A stretch of 64,000 nucleotides of DNA from Gekko japonicus. Its lineage: Eukaryota. Shown here piece by piece: positions 56,037-64,000 of this stretch (its first letter is position 1; each line of letters begins with the position of its first letter). The position numbers and the translations under genes are program-made. The notes beneath the pieces were generated by a model. It made no database searches. It was not told where the DNA came from and saw nothing but the letters and a program-made list of their open reading frames with translations. Location of the stretch: contig NW_015165838.1 in assembly GCF_001447785.1 (NCBI RefSeq), positions 906,594 through 970,593 of the forward strand. Direction: 5' to 3'.

Positions 56037-59000
56037 GTAAGAACTGAAAAGCAGGGCACAAACTGTACAGTGATGTTTTTATTGCACAGTCTGGGTCATG
56101 TATTTCCTGTGTTTTTGGAGGGTTGCAGGGGTGTGCGTGTATACGTTCTTGTTTAGGAATCACACTGACAATTGTAAATGGGCTAGTGGGCTACATCAGA
56201 AAAATGATACACACGTGCTTCCAGGGACATGTGGATACAGCCTCTAAGAAAGAGGATAGATGGCACATTTCAGTAGTGGTCTCAGGGGGTTCTTCAGCTG
56301 TGGTATGATTCTGTCTTGGCCAGATGTCCTAAAGCCAGACCATATATTACACCAAGCTGCATGCAGTATTAACCCAATGGCCGCTGTTTCTCTCCAAAGC
56401 ATCAATGGAAGAGGAAAAATCAATGGTTTTCAGCAAAGGGGCAGTCGTGTGTGTGTAACCCTTCCTTTTTACTCTAGAATAAGATCCTCCTTCCTCTGTG
56501 AGCAGCGGGAACATATGGGTTGTTGGTTGATGTATAGCTTTGATTCTTGGTTCTTTTTAAGAAAAGGGATTGCTGTGCTTGTCACTGTGGCTTCCCTTAT
56601 GGTCTCTTCACAGCTTGGGCAATTTCTAGGGGAGAAATGAATTCTGCATGCCTCTCATTTTATGTAAGTGATGGGAGGGGGTGAGCTGTGTGTGGTGGTT
56701 GAACTGAGACACAGTTTGTGTCCCCCTTCCTTGAGCACTTTGGAAATACAAAAACAGAGAGTTGCCACAGTGGTATCCCAGGTTGCTAGTGTGGCCACTC
56801 TTTATTTTTTTGATGTTTCTGAGGTCTTGTAAGGCTTGCAAAATGAGTTTCAATGCAAATGTCAGTCATGGTTCTGGAAGCTTGATTATAGTTCTGTGTC
56901 TGCTTCCTCAAGGAGCTAAGCAGAATCGAGGAGCTATGGCTTGCAGTGAACTGTCAAACCATCATGGTGTCTTCCTTGGCAAACTATAGATCTGTTTGTT
57001 GCTCTGCTTCTGGAGGCCTCTGCTCCATAGTAATGGGACTGCTGAGCGGGTGGAAAGTGAAAGCACGTAAGCAACTCTGGCTTGCACACTTGTAGGTTCA
57101 GATTGTAATTTGGGTTCTGTGATCAGTGCAAACTCATCTTTTAGCACGATCCTTGTCTCATGCGGCCTTGCCACCCTTTGAGCATCCTGATTTTGGGCCT
57201 AAAATAAGTGTGAGCCGAGCTATTCAGTTTTCATAGTGGTGCCTTTTCATGATTGTTTGTCCAGATGATGTGGGAACTGCTGTGGATAGGGTTGCCAACC
57301 TCCAGGTGGCACCTGGAGATCTTCTGCTATTACAGTTGATCTCCAGATGACCCCTGGAGGTTGCTTTGGAGGGTGGACTCTATGGCATTGTACCCTGTAG
57401 AGGTCACTCCCCTCCCCAAACCACAGCCTTCCCAGGCTTCACTCCCCAAATCTCCAGGTATTTCCAGGTATTTCCCAACCCAAAGCTGGCAACCCTAGTT
57501 GTGGCTGAAAGACAGTCTATAAACACCATAAGGAAATAAACACAATGATATTTGATGTAGGGGTTGGTCAGCAGCTCGGGTTTTAGAGGCTGTACCTGTG
57601 TTTCACCTGAATCTTTCCCTCCCCCTTCTCACTAATTTACAGTGCAGTCCTAAGCAGAGTTACATCCCTCTAAGTCAGCTGAAGTCCATGGGTGTCATTC
57701 TGTTTAGGAGTGCATTGTGAATGACCATGGGTTGCTAAAATAGGCTTGATGGGCCTGATGTGCCCTGAAGGCCTTAGGGTACCCACACCTGCTTTGATGC
57801 ACATTTTATATTTGTATGTTCAGGAGCAAATCAGTGGATGAATTTGATTGAGGCTGGCTGTTATGGAGGCCTGAGCATTTTAGCCCTATGATATATAGTC
57901 ACATGTACAGTCTGAGCCAGTGCTCAGAAGTAAGCTCCACTAAGTTCAGTGAGACTTACTCCCAATGAAGTGTGCATAGGAAGTGTGGCCTTAATTTGAC
58001 CAACTGGAGAGTTCCTGTCTTTTTGTTGCAATGTCTAATAAACAGTATCAGAGGTGAACTGTTTAGTGTCTGCATTCGAGACCAGGAGCACCTTAGAAAC
58101 CAACAAGATTTCCAAGGTATCAGCTTTTGGGAGTCAAATTTCCCTTCCTCAGATACTGACGAAGGCAGCTTTGACTCGCAGAAGTTTATACCCTGGAAAT
58201 CTTGTGGGTCTTTAAGAGCAACTCAAATATTGCTCTTCCACTGCAGTCCAATATGGCTCCCCACCTGAAAATGTTTAATGTTAGCATCTTTTATTTTACA
58301 CCCACAATGGCTGAACATACTATGTTTTATAGTAATCTGTTAAACCAGTAGTAGCTGGTTTCATGTCTGTTGTGACTGGCAGTTGCCCTTCAAGATCTCA
58401 GTTACAGAACTTTCCCAGACCAGCTTCAACCAGACATACCAGGGATGAAATCTGTTATTGTTTCTTTTGAATTTATTTCGGTAACTCGAAACATTATGTA
58501 AGTACTTACTGCCTGGGGGCACTGTGAATAAATTGCTAACTGGTATGTGGGAAGGTGTGGGAAAATCTAGTGTGAAAATGAGACTTGTAATTAGTGTACA
58601 TGTATATAAATTAGGGTGAGGCAGGCTCTGTTTGGATTTGCTGTTTCTTGTGTTATCATATACGCACAAGCCTGAACAGATGAACTAAACTGTAGTAGTC
58701 TAGGGGTCCTTAAAGCAAGAATTTGGAAAAAATTGTATTGGAGGTTAATACAACCTGTGTTTTATTTTGAATGGTTCTACAACATTTGTATAACTGAGAT
58801 GATGAAAAAACACGTCCTTTTCTAGGAGCAGATGGATGTACACTAGATTTCAGAGGGTCTTCACTGAGATTGTTTTTATTTATTCTTACAGTTTTTGCAA
58901 CCAATAGCAAACTGAGATGATTTAGTGCATGGGCCAAGCTAGATATTACATAGGAAGTGCATGGAGAATTTTCTGTCTGAGAAACCATATAAATGAAAAG

Positions 59001-62000
59001 AAGCCATGAGAGGCTGCAGTCGAGTAGAGAGGTGGCTACGTCTTACCCCTTTCTGCCTTTTTTTCTGCTGAAAACAATCCACCCCTTATTTACCACATAT
59101 GGAGAAGAAGAGAGGGGGACCCCAGTTTTCTTAGTTCTGAAGGAAAAAAGCAGCCAGGGAGGGTTGTTTTTCCCCCAACAGAAAATAGCTGCTCTTCCAT
59201 TGCCAATTACAGTTTCCCCCAGCCACATTTCAGTTTTTGAAAAGTCTGTAAACTGCTCTTGCATCTCCTCTGCTATGTCTAATTTTGTCCCATGTTGGCT
59301 TGGTTCCAATGTGATATAATAGCAAAACTGTGGTTTGCTGCTACTTGTATTAGCCTGTGGAATTTTCAGGCATGCATACTTCCCCTCCCCTGACAAATCT
59401 AATGAGTTATTTCCATTTTTACTACTAACCATATTTAGCCACAGAACAAAGTTTGAGTCCAGTGGCACCTCTAAGACCAACAAAGTTTAATTCTGTGTGT
59501 AAGCTTTCATGCACATGCATACCCAAACTTTATTCTGTTGCTTCAGACCAACACGCACTACCCATCTGAATCCATATTTAGCCATATATCTGAATAAACA
59601 AACAGTGCTTTCTGCTTTCCCTGTAAACCAGGATTTCATACTGGAAACAAGTCACTGGCTGCATTCAGATATCACAACAAACAGGCGTTTGTCCACGTTG
59701 GGCATTAATGCTACTTATAGCTTTCTTCCCCTTACTCTTTCCTTCCTCCTCATATACAGAGTATTATTGAAGCCTTCTGGGGTTTGGGAAGGCTTGAATT
59801 AAACTCCAGATTTCCATGGCATTCTAAAATCCAGGTTTGGTTTGGTGGGCAAGCTCCAGTTTTTCCAGGCACCTGCATTTGGATCTGATGTGACTTGGGG
59901 TTTAGCTCAGGCTCTGTGTGCGAGTAAGGACTGAGTGGGAAGAGCAAAGGGAGCCCAAGAGCACAGCAGCTAACAGTGTTCATGCCTGGCAGAGGCATGC
60001 TGTTTAGAATCTTGGTTTGTGAAAAAGCTCAAACCATAGTTTGCCATTTGGGCTGTACAGGCAAACTCTAGTTTGCAGTAGAAGTGAAGCAGCTGCGTGC
60101 AAGAAGGGACGGAGCATGCAAGTCTAAGGATTCACTAGGGTTGTTCACATAGTCATAAAATTGTGTTTCATGTTGTCTCAACCTAGGCCTTGTGTGTATC
60201 TTTGGATTTGTGTTAAACATGCTAATTAATACAAGAGTCCCTGTTTGATAAACATAGGAAGTCCTGGATTGAGAAACTATTTGCTGCAATATTTAGTATT
60301 TATTTTCAGGATTGGGGTATCGGTTCTTTTAAGCAGACACACCTCAGATATGTTACTCCCTTTGTTCACATCTTTATGTCATCTTTTTTCCTCCAATGAC
60401 TTAGAGAAAATGGGATCCATGAGGAGATTGTCCCTGAACCCACTGCTCAAAATGGCAACTGTTTAAGAAATGGCAGTGTTAAAACTATTGTAAGTTTCTG
60501 TTATGTTTGTGAATTTTTTAATTGTACAAGAGAAAATAGGTCTGTCTAGGTTTCATTGATCTGAACATGTGATAAGATGTGTCTGTTAACAGTAAATAGA
60601 TGAAACTGGCAAATGTTGACATTCATATGTGAACGCTGACAATTCCAGGTGAATTTTGTGAAAGGCTGAAAATAGATATTTATTTCTCCACTTTTCAGAC
60701 TCTTAAGCAGTGAATGCTGTTGTTAGCATTCAGCATTGAATGGGTCTGATACAGGGATATCCAATTTTAGGGCAGGATATTGGACTAGGTAGCCGACTGG
60801 GTATCTCTCATGGCTATGAATGTATGGTTTTCCTGTGACTGGAGCATTTGCAGGAAACATTATCAGGCATTTAGTTTCACAGAGCCTTGAGTTCTGAGGT
60901 TAAAAGGGTTTATTGGGCATGTTTTTGGGCTGGTTGACACATGCATATTTATCACATGGAATTCTTGGGCTATATTCAGACATTCAGGCCTATGTCTACC
61001 TCTTTCTTATGGTTGGGATAGGGTTACCAGAGCCCTCCAGTGGAGGCAGGGGTCCCCTGCTGCCAGGCCCCACTGCTGATCAGCTGGCTGGTGGCGGGAA
61101 CTCCCCCCCCCAATAGTTTTTATCCAAATACTAGAGTGTTGCCCCAACATCCCTGATGTGATGATGTTCCTTCCGGGTCAAGTGGACAGTGGTGTGGGCA
61201 CATCACTGCATGTCAGCCGGGCCTTCCTCATACTCCTGGTAAGTCCCCCCCCAATTTGCCGCTGGGGATGAGCCTTGGCTTGGCAGCACAGGTATCCATT
61301 ACTACAGTCCTGTTCTCCAACATGCAAAAAAAATGTAATTGCGAGCCCAAATGTAGGAACTAGGCTCACAGTTATGAAATAACTTTTTTTGCAATATATG
61401 TGGTTCATTCTTGTGTGGAAATCACCATTAGAGGTTCTGTCTACTATCTGCTGGTTTCAGCTAATTCTACTATTAAACTCAGTCGTTTCATAAGTGGGTG
61501 ACTCTCTGCACCCTTAGGAAATGGAACAAAGAGCTTTGAATATCACATTGTATAGAGCAGATATCCTACCAATTTTGTGAAGTTGTCTTCTGCGTGCTAC
61601 TTGTCATTGTTATGCTTGGTGAGTGTGTGTGTATGTATGTATTGTGAATTTGATTATGTAGATGCGAGTCTGAGGAGATTAAATTGTGCAAGTAAAGCAA
61701 GAAAAAACAAAATAATACAATGATAAATGGCATAACACAAATCTAAGATTACCTATGCATGGCCTTCCTTAAAGTGTGAAAACCATTTCTTCTGCCTGAC
61801 AACAGTAACAGGTGTTAATTCTGTATTATTGCCAGTGTGTAAAGATGTGATGGATGGCAATAGTACTGATTTAACAAATTAAATAAGCACTGGTGGATTG
61901 ATCTGTAAATGTTCCACCTTTATTTTTAACTCCCTTATCTTTCTGTCTTTCTCATACCCATAGATAAGAAAGGTTGGCCCAAGAGAGAGGAGAGATGATC

Positions 62001-62681
62001 TTGCCCCATTTTCCTCTTCACTTCTGCCTCTGTACCGCATGCCTTTTTGTTTGCTTGGATCCCATGATCTTGGACTTACCTTTTTGGAGAGTCAAAAGGG
62101 GCCTTTCTTCCCCCTTGTGCCAGCAGAGCAGCTTGTAGGCTTCATGCTTACTCTTCTGTGCTAAGCATCAAGACATTTCTAGGCCATTAAGCACCTGCCC
62201 GTCATTATGTTTCTCTCTTTGCAGTTGCTTTGAAAGAATTATGTACCTATCAGATGAATGAAACCCTTTGTCTTCTCGCTTACCATTGTTAGTTAAGGAA
62301 TACGTTTGATCTTTATTGCTTTAGAAAGGGAAAAGAAAAATCCGTGAGCAGTGTGAAAACAGAAGACGAAACTCTTCCAGTAGCAGAAGGTCGAACCAGC
62401 CACAAAATGGAGATGTGGTTGAAGCAGTTACCTTATTTGAAGTGGTTAGCATGGGCAAAAGAGCTATGCAGGTACATCAACTTCCTGAGCTGACTAGACT
62501 TTTGTATGTGAAATAGTGAAAGGCTGCTAGCAATTGGTGTGCTTCTAGTTTTTGATCTCTGGCTTTTTTTGTCATCCGTTTTAGTCTGTGGTCGATGACT
62601 GGGTTGAAGCTTATAAGAAAGATCGTGATGTGGCCCTTCTGGACCTTATCAATTTCTTCATTCAGTGCTCAGGCAGCCAAG
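55993..62681 (+). CDS. Cohesin subunit SA-2-like (STAG1/STAG2-family stromalin), 5' partial: join(55993..56036,60405..60489,62325..62471,62585..62681), continues beyond window
   Basis: The translation ends ...[15 protein letters not shown]|[33 protein letters not shown], matching STAG1/2 [43 protein letters not shown]. The first coding exon is 44 nt and starts MIA, as in STAG2. Intron phases 2,0,0,1 are compatible. Confidence 0.85.
57287..57497. mobile_element. hAT MITE with TAGGGTTGCCA TIRs
   Basis: TAGGGTTGCCA...TGGCAACCCTA; degenerate TSD GCTGTGGA/GTTGTGGC. Confidence 0.75.
59435..59572. mobile_element. Penelope-like terminal-repeat fragment
   Basis: AGAACAAAGTTTGAGTCCAGTGGCACC..AAGACCAACAAAGTT motif; related copies at about 17812-17915, 46797-46930, 50593-50685 and 58060-58265. 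Confidence 0.55.
60405..60489 (+). CDS. STAG-like coding exon 2 ([28 protein letters not shown])
   Basis: Long pyrimidine tract plus ttag|A; ATT|gtaagt. It is the best stop-free phase 2-to-0 exon I found, and it lies in a low-conservation region. Confidence 0.68.
62325..62471 (+). CDS. STAG-like coding exon 3 (KGKRKIREQ...[13 protein letters not shown])
   Basis: ctttag|AAA ... CAG|gtacat; 147 nt. Confidence 0.88.
62585..62681 (+). CDS. STAG-like coding exon 4 ([10 protein letters not shown]...QCSGSQ-G)
   Basis: ttttag|TCT ... G|gtaaat; 97 nt, the conserved size of this STAG exon. Confidence 0.92.
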
Positions 62682-62837
62682 GTAAATCTTTTTCCTCTGG
62701 CCAGTTTCCTTTTGAGGGAGAGTGCGTACAAGTTGTTTGGAGCAGGGCTGATTCTTTAAATGATTGCGTTATTCAGAATCTGGCTTATTATCTCCTAATG
62801 AGTCCACATAAATGAATGAACCTCCAATTTGAATAAT

Positions 62838-63113
62838 AATAAGAAGAGATTGGATTTATACCCCACCCTTCACTTGGAGTTTCAGAGCGGCTTACAAACT
62901 CCTCTCCCTTCCCCTCCCCACAACAGACACCCTGTGAGGTGGGTGGGGCTGAGAGAACTCTGACACAAACTGCTCTTTTTCAAGGACAGCTGTGCCAGAG
63001 CTTGTGACTGACCCAAGGTCACATTAGCAGGTGCAAGTGGAGGAGTGGGGACTCAAACCCGATTCTCCCAGATTAGAGTCCGCACACTTAACCACTACAC
63101 CAAACTGGCTCTC
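62838..63113 (-). mobile_element. Squam3-like SINE
   Basis: Same family; TSD ATTTGAATAAT at 62827-62837 and 63114-63124. Confidence 0.88.
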
Positions 63114-64000
63114 ATTTGAATAATGGGATTGCAGGAAAGAGGCAAACAAATGGAATGTTCACAAGTTATATTAGTCTTTGGAGCTCATGTTTAAGAAATT
63201 AATACAGAATTGAGTTATGTAAAGGATAACGAATGAAAATGATTTGATAAGGGGTGGCAAGTTAGAAATGTTTGGTGGTATGCTACCCTGCCAGTGTAAC
63301 TTGCTGGTCAATGTGGATCTTCCCTCTACTCCTTTATCCCAGCGGCCCCTTTTGAACTATGAAAAGATTATGCTGGAGGTCATTGGACGCTCATGGGTTT
63401 TGATGCAGGTCAGGGGTAATTGGGTAAAATTTGCCCCTTCTCCCTCTTCTGAGGACAGAGCCTCAGGACCTCAAAGAATAGAAGAGGGAGGAGGGCTGAT
63501 TTGGCTTTTCCCCCTCCACCCCCCGCTCCATAGTGCAGATCTCCGGTCTGAGAGGTTTTTTGTCCCCATGGGTCATGTATCCTTAGGTATCAGCTTTTGG
63601 AGGGGTCCATGATGCTTGTTTGCTAGTGTATTCCACTGAAGGTTAGAAAGATACACACAACTGTGTTGCCTTTTGGAATTAATCACTTTTGATTCATAGA
63701 CAGAGTTGTTACCAAATCTTTCTGATAGTTAAAGCAGAGGAGAGACTGAGAAGAGAGTGTGTAAAAAGAACACATGAAGCTGCCTAACACTGAGTCGGTA
63801 TTGTTTGCTCTCTGACTTGTCACATGTCTTCAGAGTCACATTTTATTTGATTTTATATCGTCCTTTCTCCAGATCGGTGGGAGGTGAATAAAATTAGATT
63901 TAAGTAGCTTGCATAAATTTAAAAACAAACACAGTATCACTTTTATGGAGAAGCTGGAGACTGAATCTGGGATCTTTTGCAGGCAAAGTAGATGCTCTGC

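Noticed and set aside
56400-56450. Extra STAG exon ([16 protein letters not shown])
   Set aside because: Weak AAG acceptor and poor donor; 60405-60489 fits the required phases with much better splice signals.
59043-59483. 146-aa minus-strand ORF, and similar ORFs at 39959-40411, 22899-23321 and 5115-5522
   Set aside because: No recognisable domains or splice context; they overlap repeats or intron sequence and are consistent with chance ORFs.
62325-62681. Assignment to meiotic STAG3, or directly to STAG2
   Set aside because: The motifs match STAG1/2 rather than STAG3 (SLVDEWLDSY...FFIQSCGC). It is too divergent and in the wrong synteny to be given the STAG2 symbol without a tree.
1-64000. 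CRISPR array or prokaryotic operon
   Set aside because: No regularly spaced repeat-spacer units; the window is intron-rich vertebrate DNA.

Overview
This is vertebrate genomic DNA, most likely from a gecko-like squamate judging by the Squam-type SINEs, Bov-B, CR1 and Penelope fragments. I reconstructed three spliced genes by hand. (1) A complete PLCXD1-type gene on the + strand: 6 coding exons, 8252-27201, 339 aa. (2) A complete GTPBP6 gene (mitochondrial HflX GTPase) on the - strand: 10 exons, 53467-32812, 545 aa, convergent with PLCXD1 as in human PAR1. (3) The 5' part of a STAG1/STAG2-family cohesin SA gene on the + strand, head-to-head with GTPBP6 across a CpG-rich promoter: 4 coding exons, 55993-62681, continuing past the window. 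This STAG gene sits where human has none and has STAG2-type exon phases but a divergent N-terminus. It is my best candidate for an under-described system: a fourth vertebrate stromalin paralogue, with a uORF-packed leader. The introns are rich in transposable elements (TEs). They include an LTR-less Gypsy internal segment interrupted by a 1.5-kb ORF1-only (HAL1-like) retroposon with an 18-bp target-site duplication (TSD), a 5'-only L1, a Bov-B with a fold-back at its YADD motif, solo LTRs, hAT MITEs and four short tandem duplications. Family assignments come from recalled motifs, not database searches.
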